Below, piece by piece: positions 34,675-47,037 of a DNA stretch of 50,748 nt. Source of the DNA: Octopus bimaculoides. Lineage: Eukaryota. The notes under the pieces are model-generated. The model made no database searches, was not told where the DNA came from, and was given only the letters and a program-made list of their open reading frames with translations. The stretch lies in contig NC_068994.1 of assembly GCF_001194135.2 (NCBI RefSeq), positions 31,690,289 to 31,741,036 on the forward strand, read 5' to 3'. The position numbers and the translations under genes were made by a program. Each line of letters begins with the position of its first letter. Position 1 is the stretch's first letter.

Positions 34675-36520
34675 CCACTGAGGTCAGCTTTGCTTTTTAT
34701 CCAAAGCAGTCAATTAAGCAATTACCTGTTAGTAAAGTACTGGGATTGATTGAATCAACTCATTCCCTTCCTTAAATTTCAAGCCTTGTACCCACATCAG
34801 AAACATTTGTTACCATGCCAGACAAACTGCTTTGTGGCATATTTTCAGGCTTTACATTCTGAGTTCAAATTCCACCTGTCATCATTTCAGAAGTACCAGT
34901 TGAGCACAGGGGTTAATGTTGTTGACTAGTCCCCTGCCCCCCAAAATTGTACCTATTTTAGAAAGAATTATTATTGTTTTTATTTTCATTATTATAGGTG
35001 TGCTAGCAGAATTGTGAGTGTCAGGAAAAAATATTTGTTATTTCTTCCGACCTTTATGGTCTAAGTTCAAATCATGCTAAGGTCAACTTTGCTGTTTGTC
35101 TCTCCAGAATTGATAAAATAAAGTACCGGTCAAGTACTGAAGTCTAACCCCTTCCCAGATTTTAGGCCTTGCTTCTATGTTAAAAACAACAATTGTTATT
35201 GTTGCCGTCATTATTTTTGATAATAATAATAATAATAATGATAATAATAATAATAATAAGCAGCGAACTGCTGCTGGTAGAAGCATTAGCGCTTTAGAGA
35301 AAATACCTTGTCTTTCTGACTCTTTATGTTCTGAGTCAACTTCGCTTTCATCCCTCTGAAGTCGATAAAATAAGTGCTTGAGTTGAGAGTATCAATTATT
35401 CCTTCCCCTCAAAATTACTGGCCCCTCAGGCCTAAATTAGGAACAAATATTAAGGATGCTGAATTGGCAGAATCGTCAGAACTTCAAGAAAAATGCTTTA
35501 AAGTACCAATGAAATAATGGAGTTGGTATCAACTACCAGTCTCCTTTCAGACTTGTTGACCTTCTACCCAAATTAGAAATAATTGTTCATTAGAGCATTG
35601 AAATCATACTGGTATTTGTTCCAGCTCTTTACATTCTGAGTTCAAATCTTGCCAAGGTCAACTCTGCCTTTCATCTTTAGGGGGTTGATAAAATAAAGTA
35701 CTAGTCAAGTGCTGTGGTTGACTAACTCTGCCTCCCTTCAGAATTGATTGCCTTGGACCTAAATCAGAAATCATAATCATTATTATTATTATTAAGGCAA
35801 TAAGCTGGTAGAATTGTTAGCATGCCAGGTAAAATGCTTAGCAGCATTTTGTTTGTGTTTACATTCTGAGTGCAAATTCTGCTGAGGTCAACTTTGCCTT
35901 TCATCCTTTCGGGGTTGATAAAATAAGTACCATTTGATCACTAGGGTCAATGTAATGGACTTACTCATTCTCCGAAATTGCTGGCCTTGTGTCAAAATTT
36001 GAAATCATTATTACCTCTGCCTTAGTGAAGGCAGAAGGATTGTTTTCAGTCATTGTTTGTTTGTTTGTCTGTGGACAAGATATCTCAAGAACCACTGAAT
36101 GGATTCAGATGAAACTTTCAGGGATGTTTGGCCTCATGACTGGCATGAACTGATTAGATTTTGGGATCAATCTGGTACCGGACAAGGATTCTGGATTATT
36201 TTTCCTGTTCTTTTACTCAATTTTTGAGAGCAGTCGGGTTCATTTTTAGTATTCTCGTTTGTGAGAGCAGTCGAGTTTACTTCAGATATTCTCATTTTAA
36301 AAATCATCTCCGGCTAATCGTTGAGAAGATGTTGGTGTTGTCTTGGTGGAGGTTTGCATTCTCAGAGTGCTCTTGTTATTATTAAGGTCAGCTTTGCCTT
36401 TCATCCTTTTGGGGTTGATAAATTAAGTACTAGTAAAACACTGGGTTGATGTAATTGGTTAGCCCCCTCCCCCAAAAGATTTCTGGCCTTGTGCCTTTAG
36501 TAGAAAGGATTATTATTATT
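34675..36520 (+). repeat. Head-to-tail cluster of ~8 Deu/Nin-like SINE copies
   Basis: Copies start at about 34675, 34808, 34997, 35259, 35452, 35600, 35794, 36384; all + strand, mostly separated by (TTA)n/(TAA)n. Confidence 0.75.
36011..36377 (+). mobile_element. Helentron-associated non-autonomous element (HINE / DINE-1-like)
   Basis: 5' TT-ACCTCTGCC with 8-bp hairpin TCTGCCTT/AAGGCAGA (36016-36035), GTTT/GTCT microsatellite, 3' subterminal inverted repeat GGTGGAGGT (36345-36353), stem-loop GCATTCT-C-AGAGTGC (36356-36370), TT-rich ends. Confidence 0.75.
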
Positions 36521-39185
36521 ACTATTGTTTTCATTTTGCTTAGTGTACTCAAGTGCAAAAAAATTAATTCTGTTTATTATCATTATATACTAATACAACA
36601 AAAAAGTAGATAGCAGTTCAAATTGTAATTTGTTTTTGTTTCATGTTTTTACTGCTAAGACAATAATTTAAATTAAATTGAATTTTCTCAGTGGTAGACA
36701 CTGANNNNNNNNNNGGGGGGGGGGGGAATCAACATTACTGAACAATTTAGATTTTAAGAAAGGTTTCTGCAAGCAGCATGATGATATGCAAGAATAGTTT
36801 TTGCTTTCAACTGCCCTCTCCCTGCTTCTCTTTTTAACTCATAATTTTCTCCCCTTCTTTGATAATGTATTATTTTTCTCTCATGAAATTCTGAAGAAAT
36901 GTGAGAATTTCATCTTAAATAATAGCAGCAGTTGTTGAAGCAAAGCTTTTTATTTTTCTTTGATTAACGAGTTTTATTCTGAAGCAGTATGACCAAATGA
37001 ATTTCTCCTCAAATTTATTGTGATATGTGCATGGCAATACCTAACTTTTAAGATAATTTGTCAATTCTCAAGTTGTGTGAGTGTAGGAATGTCAAAGAAT
37101 TTTGCCTAAGTGTATAGTGACAATTACTAAAAGTGATCAAGCAAAGTGAGACCTGATCCTTGGAATAAATTCTCAGACTGTATGAGTCTTAAGAACTTCC
37201 TTTCAGATTTCTAGTGTTAATGGAAAGTGAGGTCTAATTTTTCAGTAATAAGTCTAAGTTCTTAAGCAGCATGAATGTAAAGAATTTTCCTCAGAAATTA
37301 TATCATCCATGGCTGAAAATGGAAAGAGAGCATATGTTTACATCGAGGTGTTGGTGTAAAATTTCCTCTCAAATTTATGACAACAGGTGAAAGAAAAGGA
37401 GTGGGTGTAACTGATTTTGCCAAGCTCAAATAAGTGAATTATTATAGTATTGGTTTTGCAGATTTAGAATGTTTTTTTGTTTTTTTTTTATGTTTATGCA
37501 GTTCTCTTTATAGACAGATGCTTTTACTAACACCAGTCATTCACCTGGGAATGAAAGAATAGAATCTCTTGCTAGACCAGCAGACTGAAACAAACCGAGT
37601 TCTGTAGCTTGCTCAAAGGACACCATGTCTAGCATATTGTGCACAGTTGAGTATTGAAATTACATGCAGTGCACAACTTTTAATTCCTAATTTGTCTAAG
37701 TGTAGCTTGGTGATGAATGAATTCTGCCTGTCTTGCTTGCCTTAAATAGACAAAAGTATAATGTGACAGTAACTCATGAATTTATTATGAGATATATATA
37801 TTTATATACATATATATATGTGTGTGTGTATTTTTACATGCACACATACATATTCCCAGATGTATATCATTATCACCATTTCATGTCCATTCTTCATGCC
37901 TCTATGCTGGCATGGGTTAGACAAGATGTTACAGTCCAAGTCAGTTCTTATTCAGAGTTTCTGTATATGCTAGTGCACATATATATTAAAAGTTACACAT
38001 ATATATACGTGTGTGTGTGTGTGTATATATAGATAGAGTAATAATTCTAACAAGATGTCCTACCCATTAAAAGCTGAAAATTAGACCTAGATGAGTATGA
38101 ACATGATCCATAACTGTAGTGGTCCCATTAGGCTTAGGAAGCAGCTAGGACCACACTTTGGTTATTGAACTCACATGTTCTCTTTTAGGAACTACAAACC
38201 CCAAAGTCTTTTTAAGAGCAAGGCTATACCAAGAAAATTATATAGAATGAATGAATTCATATAGTCATCTGTAATGTTTATTTATATATCTATGAAGAGA
38301 TAAACGTGTGTGTGTGTCATACTTTTACAAGAAGGGTGACTGACTTCAAAATTTTAGGCTGCTACTTTTTGTTGAACAGACCAACAAAAGCTACCACCAG
38401 GCTGAACCTTTAATTTACTGTTACTCTCCTTGTAAAAATGTAATATGTACTCTACAGAAGAGTAATTAATGATTCTTCAGTTTAATGTTAAATTGTTTTT
38501 ATTATAACTTGGCATAAAACCAAACATATACAGATACACACACACAGATTGATGAATTTTTATGATTACAAAGAACTGCTTACATATAAAGAAGAGTGAA
38601 TATTTTATTAGATGCTGGAGTCTCTTGAATCATTGCTGATTATTTGAATAAAAGAAGGGAAGCCATGTGGCTATAAATAAGCAGATGTATTTGTAACCAC
38701 ATGATATATGATTAACCATTTGTGGTTTTTAACGAAAGATCAGAATTAATGAATTCTTGCACACACTTCCATTGATATTTATTAAGGAATTTCCAAATAC
38801 CAACTGATTAAAATACTTTTACCCTACATAATTGGTTTACCATACATACCCTTGAAGATGATTGCTCATTGAAAAAAAGAAAAGAAAAAAAACTATTCAC
38901 TTTCTCAGCAATACCAAAATTACATATACAATAGCCATTTTCTTGTTTTTGTTTGTTTTGCACTTAATATGAAAATATATTTTTTGGCATGTAAATAGCT
39001 GAAGGTGTGATGCATTTTCCAAATATCTTTTCTTTTTCTTTTTTTTTTTTTTGATAACCAATCATATTTCACTGACTAATTGTATTTTGATGTGTATTTA
39101 TGAATATTTCTGCTTACATAGTGTCACACTACCCTTGTTCAAATAATAAGCAATGTGAAATTCAGGCTAACTGTGTATGTGTGTG

Positions 39186-39217
<32 letters not shown>

Positions 39218-39291
39218 GGTACACACCAATTTTACATTATATATATATAGATAAATAAATAGAAATATATACTTATATATATAAACACTCA

Positions 39292-39324
<33 letters not shown>

Positions 39325-39503
39325 ACATCGGTATGTACCTGTCATAATATACCTANNNNNNNNNNCAAAAAAAACTATAAAAAATATTTTTAGATTTTAT
39401 TTTTAATGCTCTACAATTGTTCTTGTTGTTATTATTTGTAAAAGGCAAAAATCTTGTACTTTTTTTAATATTTCCAAAATCTAATTTGTTCCAATTACAA
39501 AAA

Positions 39504-39542
<39 letters not shown>

Positions 39543-39741
39543 CCTTTTATTTAAAAAGGTATTTAGCTGAAAATGGTTATTATTTAATCAATTCCGACTA
39601 TAAATTAGGTAACTGTTATAACAGTAGACTTTTGTTTCTATTTTGTTTATTTTTTTTTGTCAGTCTCTGTTCTAGCACCAGTCTCCTCTGTGCATTTCCC
39701 AGTTTAAAACCATTATCATTGTAATCATTATTATTACTGAA

Positions 39742-41905
39742 AAGGGCAGTACCTGGCAAAATCAGTAGATTGCCAAATGAAAAATATATATGCCTTACAT
39801 TTAAATTAGATCCATTTATATTCTGAGATTAACTTTGCCTTCCAACCATCTGCGGTTGATAAAATATGTACCAGCTGAGTACTCAAGTTGATCTCAAAGA
39901 ATATAACCTATCTTTATATTTAGTGGCCTTGTGCTTATGTTACAAATGATATTATCATTACTATTAAGGTGGTGGAGCTGGCAGAATCATTAGCATGTTA
40001 GATGAAATACTTAGCAGCATTTCTTCCAGCTCTCCACATTCTTAGCTCAAATCCTGCCGAGGTGAACTTTGCCACTCATTCTTTCAAGCTTGATAAAATA
40101 AAGTGCCAGTTTAGTGTTGGGAGTCAGTGCAATTGACTTACCCCCCACCCCCACCCCCACTCCACTCCGAAATTCCTGGCTGTGCCAAAATTAGAAGGAA
40201 TTATTATTATTACTCGGGTGGTAAGCTGGCAGAATTGTTAACCCATCAGGCGGTGAGCTGGCAGAATCGTTAGCACACCGGGCGAAATGCTTAGTGGTAT
40301 TTCGTCTGCCGCTACGTTCTGAGTTCAAATTCCACCGAGGTTGACTTTGCCTGTCATCCTTTAAATAAGTACCAGTTACGCACTGGGGTCGATATAATCG
40401 ACTTGATCCGTTTGCTTGTCCCCTCTGTGTGTAGCCCCTTGTGGGCAGTAAAGAAATAAGAATTGTTAACCCATCAGACAAAGTCTTAGTGCATTTCTTC
40501 TGGCTCTTTATCATCTGGGTCCAAATGCTGTCAGGGTCAACTTTGCCTTTAATCCTTGNNNNNNNNNNNNNNNNNNNNNNNNNNNNCTCATTCTTTCAAG
40601 CTTGATAAAATAAAGTGCCAGTTTAGTGTTGGGAGTCAGTGCAATTGACTTACCCCCCACCCCCACTCCACTCCGAAATTCCTGGCTGTGCCAAAATTAG
40701 AAGGAATTATTATTATTGTTATTATTTGTTTTGCAAGATTCCTGATGTGAAATCCTGTGTTGAAACAGATATTGTTATATTTCCTTTAATTATCATTATT
40801 ATTATTATTATTATCTAAGGCGGCAAACTGGCAGAATCTTTAGTACGCCAGGCAAAATGCTGCTAAGCATTTTGTCTGTCTTTATGTTCTGGGTTCAAAT
40901 TTCGCTGAGGTTGACTTTGCCTTTCAGGGTCAATAAAATAAGTACCAGTTGAACACTGGGGTCCATGTAATTGACTTATCCCCTCCCCGGATATTGCTGG
41001 CCTTGTGCCAAAATTTGAAATTATTATTACAACAAAGGACAATGACTGGCAAAATAGGTAGAGCACTGGACAATACACCTTGTAATATTTAGTTACATCC
41101 CAAGTAGAAATCCTGGTATTGTTGAGAAAGTCTTTCTTACTTTAGGAGTAGATTAAGTAATTACTAGTTAATTACCGGGTGCTAATTAATTGTATCTCTC
41201 ATCCAAAATGCTTAGCTTTGTGCCTATATTAGAAACTTATTATTATTGGCATTGATTTTAATTCATTGTCCTCTCCCCCTCTTACTGAAATGTGTGGCCT
41301 TTTGTTTAAGTAAGAAATTATTTTTCTGTTAACGTGTATGTTGTTGGTTCAATTCCTGCCAAGATCGATTTTGCCTTTTATCCTTCCAAGAGCCAATAAA
41401 ATAAATACCAGTCAAAAACTGGGGTTGATTTAATTGACTGTGCCTTCCCTCTGAAAAAAATATTTTGTGGCCTTGTGCCAGTGTTAGATATTGTTATTGT
41501 ATTATCCATTGTTCTCTGTCTGTTATGAGTTCAAATCCTGCCAGAGTTGTCTTTGCCTTTAGCCTTCCAGAGTTGATTGAATAAGTACCAGTAATATACT
41601 GAAACTCTGATTAAATCAACTACACTTGCTTTCCGACAACAGTTTTTGACCTTGTGCTTGCATGAGAAATCATATTTTTATTATTAGAGTAGTGAGTTGG
41701 CAGTAACAGTAGAATGATGAGCAAAATTTCACTTGCTGTACATAGTTAGTTACATTCTTAGTTCAAATTCTGCCAGGATCAACTTTGCCTTCTATACTTC
41801 CAAGGTCAATAAAATTAGTACCATTTGAGCATGGAGGTGGGGGTGATTGACTTGACTGTACTCTTCATTCAAAATTTGTGGCATTGTGCTTAGGTTAAAA
41901 GTTAT
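39742..41905 (+). repeat. Head-to-tail cluster of ~10 Deu/Nin-like SINE copies
   Basis: Copies start at about 39742, 39965, 40216, 40249 (nested), 40817, 41036, 41245 (3' fragment), 41330, 41510, 41687; all + strand with (TTA)n spacers. Confidence 0.75.
40249..40458 (+). mobile_element. Young Deu/Nin-like SINE nested in an older copy
   Basis: TSD AGAATTGTTAACCCATCA(G) at 40231-40249 and 40459-40477; host copy continues after 40477; CpG-rich. Confidence 0.85.
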
Positions 41906-42044
41906 TAATTTGTTTTTCTGTATGTGATGGCATAAAAGACACAGGCATATAGATGCACCCTAATTTCATCAGTGTGTATTCATGAAAAAACTTTTAATGC
42001 ATTAAAGCATGTAATGAAGGCCCAGCTTTGCTTATAGGACTCTG

Positions 42045-42076
<32 letters not shown>

Positions 42077-43044
42077 GAGACGTTTTTGGGGGAAAAACTA
42101 AGCATGTCTTATATGACCAGCACATGATACTAACTGCAGTAGGGCCTTCCATTGGCACATAAACCTGTTGTTTCTTCTCTCTCTACCTACTCTGATATTA
42201 CTATAGCTGCCTTTGCTCTATTGAATTAATTAGTGGTATACTACCTCCACCCAGTCCTGCTGACAAACACATCTATCCTCATTTTGTTACCTCTTACTGT
42301 GCCTCACCACCCTCGCCTTGCACGTTGCACACACACACACACACACACACCCCCCAGCCCTGCCCTTCAAATTATTCCTCCCAGATTATCAACCTTCTGT
42401 AATTTCCTGGCAACATATTTCTCTGCAGATGTCAACTTGCTGAGGATCAAGCTGACTGCCAACTGCATCAATTTTGACCAGTCTGAGAGAGTCTGCTGCA
42501 AAGGTTCATGAGTACAACCCCTAAAATTTCATTGTAGCCATTATAGACCATGCTCAATAAAAAATCCCTTGCTTTAAAGATGCATGGATTCAATCATCAT
42601 TGTAAGAAATTTGTACAATTTCCGCTCACCCTTCCACCTTATAACTATTGATTCCGTTCAGTTTTTTATGTAATTGCTTCATAATGATGCATTCAGCTAT
42701 TTTGTTGTTGTTTTCATTATCTAAACAGACATCTTAAGGTCAAATTCCTGGGTTTTTTGCGCTTTTTTTCAAGCTCATCCTTCTTTTTTAAGATGGTTAT
42801 GAGTGATTATGTGGAAGATTTAGCTGCTATTTTTAGCAAGTTAAATGATTATTTATAGGCTCCCTTGTTACTTGGTTTTGTTTTTTTTTTTAATAGAGGA
42901 GCAAAATGATATGACTTCTGTAGATGTCTTTGTAAATTTGAATTTTCTTTTAATGTTTATATTTATTTTACTTTTTTTTATAAACTCATATATGTCCTGA
43001 ATTTTGTTTTTTAAAAAAAATTTTTTTTGTCCACTCCATTTGTC

Positions 43045-43675
43045 CGTTGACATTGCTAATGATACTCTCAACACTGCTTCAGCAAATAGACTGAAGTGTA
43101 CACTTCACTGATGAGGTCTAATAATACTGAAATATGTCCGGAGTTGTCTCCCATACTCAACAAAATGATTAAAATAATATTAGTCGTTCAGCTAATGATG
43201 TCATTTCTTCACTGCATAATTCTAATTAGATTTTTTGGGGGATTCTCACTTTATTAAATATGCTAACACTAACTTAACTATTGTTTTTTTCATGCAGATG
43301 ACGTCTCTGAGTAATTAACTTCAGTGAATTATTTTTTTAAATATTTAAATATTTTCACATCTCCTTGTGTACACTGTTGTACATCTACTTAGTGATTCTC
43401 TCAACAATACACCAGCAAGTATGGTGACGTCTGTTATACTGTGGAAATCTATCTAATAAAACTGAAACATGTCTGAAGTTATATCCCTTACTTGCTGGAA
43501 TAATTAAAACTATATTAGTCATTGAGCTAATGTTGTGTTTTCCTCACCACGTAATTGTTTCTAATTACATTTTTGATGCTCATTACATTAAATATGTTAA
43601 CACTAACTTAACTGTTGTTTTGTCATGTGGATGGTGTCTCAAAATAATTAATCTTTGTGATTTATTTTATCACTT
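43045..43675 (+). repeat. Two head-to-tail ~334-bp units, each with a hammerhead-like motif
   Basis: Shared anchors CTCTCAACA (43065/43398), CTGAAA (43127/43462), TTAAATATG.TAACACTAACTTAACT (43254/43588) at a constant 331-335 bp offset. Confidence 0.75.
43103..43143 (+). ncRNA. Minimal type I hammerhead ribozyme-like motif (degenerate)
   Basis: CTGATGA core 43108-43114, 3-bp stem II, GAAA 43129-43132, GTC cleavage triplet 43136-43138, stem I CTTCA/CGGAG with one mismatch. Confidence 0.55.
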
Positions 43676-43788
43676 CATTCAAAGTGTTCTATCAGACACA
43701 CACACACACATCATAGATACACTGTGCATACATTCTACATGTCACTGACACTTCACACGTATCACAGACTAAGATACATTTTACATAT

Positions 43789-43832
<44 letters not shown>

Positions 43833-44749
43833 TATGCTGACACCTCATACCTCTTACTCACACACACGAAAGCATATACCAATTTTGATGTTCACAGAAA
43901 CAGATGGATCTGTTCTAATGTTGAAATGCATAATGCACACATACATTCATTCACGCACCTTACATTGTGTATGCATACACTGAATCATACAAACATGTCT
44001 TGTGTAACAAATATACAAATTCATTCTGATATGTACAAACACGCATATCAGTGTCATGTAAAAAATACTCATGCTGGTGCTACATTAGAAGCATCCAGCA
44101 CACACTGCAAAGTGGTTTACATTAGGAATGGCATCCAGCCATAGAAACCAATCCAAATCAGACTGGAACCTGGTGCCAGCTCTGGTCAAACTATCTAACC
44201 CATGCCAGCATGGACAATGGATGTTAAAGGATGATGATCATGATGATATATATATATATATATATAAGGATGGAGCTGTGCATGTGTATACATACACACA
44301 AACTCTCAGATGTCTGTTACATCTGATATTTCATAATGGTTATTAATTAAAGCAATGATGGAATATGTGCATTTGTGTTTGATTTCCCTCTTACACTTTG
44401 TCACTATATTTCATTGTTGAGTTTAGGTAACAAGCTGGCAGAATCATCAGATGAAATGCTTAGTGGCATTTCTTCCAGCTATTTATGTTCTGAGTTTAAA
44501 TTCCACAGAAGTCAACTTTGCCTTTCCTCCCTTCTGGTTTGCTAATATAAAGTACCAGTCAAATACTGGGGTTGATGTAATTGACTTGCTCCCTCTCTTC
44601 AAAATTGCTGACCTTGTGCAAGAATCAAAAAGAATATTTCACTCACACAAATACATACATGCATGCATACATACATACATACATACATACAGACAAACAG
44701 CATTAATTTGGATTTCAAATCCCCATACCAAAGGATGTGACAATTGTTT

Positions 44750-45900
44750 CTGAAATGAGGATACCCTTGGTCAGTTGTGGACCTGACATTCTGCCACGTC
44801 CAGGCCATCGACTGTACCACAATTCTCTTATGCATGTCTACAGACTGTGTCCTACTTTTTCTCAATTTCCATGTGCCTGTCCTTCCATTGAAAGATAAAC
44901 TTATTTACAACTTCTTAATTCTACTTTCTGACTCCACAGCTGCTCCAAGCTTTTCTTCACCACCTCTCGTCACTTTCAGAAATGATAAGAACCTCAGAAA
45001 CCTCCTAGTAAGAAGCTCCAGACCACCTAGCCCTACACAACCCAGCACTCTTAAATGCAATTTCCGACAGTGCAGCACCTACCCCTACATTAATAACACT
45101 ACAACAACTATTGAGCCTAGATTACAATCTCATATTCCTCAGAATTTCTGATGTACTTTGTATCATCTTTTATATTGTATCATATGCAAACTTTTCAGCG
45201 TTTTTAGCACTGGGGAAACAGGTTGATGTTTGCCTGGAGCACATTCAAAGCGTTCTACTATATATGCCAGGCCAACCTGCCACCACCCATTTCGGCACTA
45301 CAGGTCATTCCATCACTCACTTATCTGTGCATGGCAATGCTGCACACTATGGATTCACATTATCAAGTAAGCAGTGGGAGCAACATTTCATGTTATCAAC
45401 AAGTTCATTATCCCTTTAGCATTTTATGTGGCCCATATGTTCTACCTATTTAATGTTCAGCTCATTTGTCCCTTCCTCCCAGCCCCTACAGGCTGCCAAT
45501 CATGTCATTCCTCTCTCAGCCTCCCCAACTGTATCATCTTTACTACTCCTACTGCCTCCACCCCACCCCCACCCCCACCCTTCTGCATCCTTCTATCTCT
45601 CCTAACTAATGGTTCCTTCTCATCCATCTTTCAACTTCTGGCAGTCTGTCTCTCCATTCCCTCATTCTCCTTCCACGCCAATCCTTCAACTCACTTTGTA
45701 CCTTGTGGAGTCACCTAGGCACCTCATTGCCATTATCTATCTCTTGCCACTCCTACTGTTCATTTTCTCTTTCTCTCCCCTTCCCCTATTAAATGTGTGT
45801 AGCCATGCAGATCCTCTACAAGAACCTGCTCTGCCTCCTACTTATCTTCCGAACTCTTCATCCACTAACATGAAGCTGACCCCACTCCCCTGCTCAGAGC
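44750..45900 (+). mobile_element. Penelope-like element relic (GIY-YIG region + CT-rich 3' region)
   Basis: PPLVTFRNDKNLRNLLVRS and KCNFRQCSTYPYI (ORF 44777-45151), then EHIQSV...QPATTHFGTTGHSITHLSVHG...EQHFM (ORF 45111-45419): typical Penelope Cys-rich linker and GIY-YIG C-terminal motifs. Confidence 0.75.
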
Positions 45901-46434
45901 TTGTAGTTCTGCAAGCTGCATGGCAACCTCAGCAGTGAATGTGACACACACACACAAAAAAAAGGCACCCAGTTCACTATAAAGTGGTTGGCATTAGGAA
46001 GGGCATCCAGCTGTAGAAACCATGCCAGAATAAACAACGGAGCACAATGCAGTCCTTGGACACACCAGATCCTGTCAGACCATCCAACCTATTGCAGCAT
46101 AGAATACAGATATTAAATGTTGATGATGTATGTATGTGTATCATTGTCTCCTTTCCTTGACATTGTGTCTTAAGTGTGAGTGTTGCTATCATGTAAGCGA
46201 TGTCCTTCATTTCCAATTTTCTGTGGAAACATGTCCAGTCATGGGGAAATATTACCTTGCTTGGTGAGAGGACAGGCATCCAGCTATAGACAATCTGCCT
46301 CAACAAATTCATCTGGCCCATGTGAGCAAAGAAAAATAGATGTTAAATGATGATGTTTCAGTAGATTTGATCTCCAATCATTATCAGGTGCTATATATAT
46401 ATATCATCATCATCATTTAATGTCCATGTTGGCA

Positions 46435-46625
46435 TGTATGTGTGTGTGTGTCTTTGCAATTGTCCTCCGCCTCACCACTTGACAACTGGTGTTGGTTTGT
46501 TTACATCCCTTTAACTTAGCATTTCAGCACAGGAGACTGATAGAGTGAGTACTGGAGTCAATTTATGTAACTAAAAGAAGTGCCCCAGCATGGTCACTGT
46601 CCTACATTTGAAGCAAGTAAAAGAT
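46435..46625 (+). mobile_element. CORE-type SINE 3' tail
   Basis: CTTGACAACTGGTGTTGGTTTGTTTACATCCC...GAAGCAAGTAAAAG is the reverse complement of the tail of 29255-29410. Confidence 0.65.
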
Positions 46626-47037
46626 AAATATTACATTTGTAACTAACAGTGTGGAGACATCAAAAATTAATAATAAATACATTCACTAGAATTAAGGCCA
46701 TGTAACTCTTACTTGTTAGCTGAGTGTGATTACCCTAATTAAATGTGTGGAATGCTATAGGTGCTCAGGTGGTAACTGTGTTGCTAGCAGAAACAACTAC
46801 ATACATGCATTGCAGTATTCCGTGTCAGCATTTCTTTTTAAAATTTAAAGTTCACTACTGCATGTATCTTTAACCGTGGATTCTCCCAATAAAGGAGGAG
46901 CTAGTTTTTAGGAGCCTCAATGAAAATGCCTTGAATAGGAAAGAGGAACAGCTATGTAAAGTCACATACTATATTTTTAGATGACTTAAAATGTTTTTAT
47001 TTTTGACTTCAGTATGTGAGCTGTATATGTTTCCAGC

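Noticed and set aside
36765-37380. Interpreting the ~90-bp array as a CRISPR array or a decayed C2H2 array
   Set aside because: Eukaryotic context, repeats far too degenerate and no cas genes; the spacing between the GK-like and HTGEK-like words does not fit a 28-codon finger. Kept only as an unexplained array.
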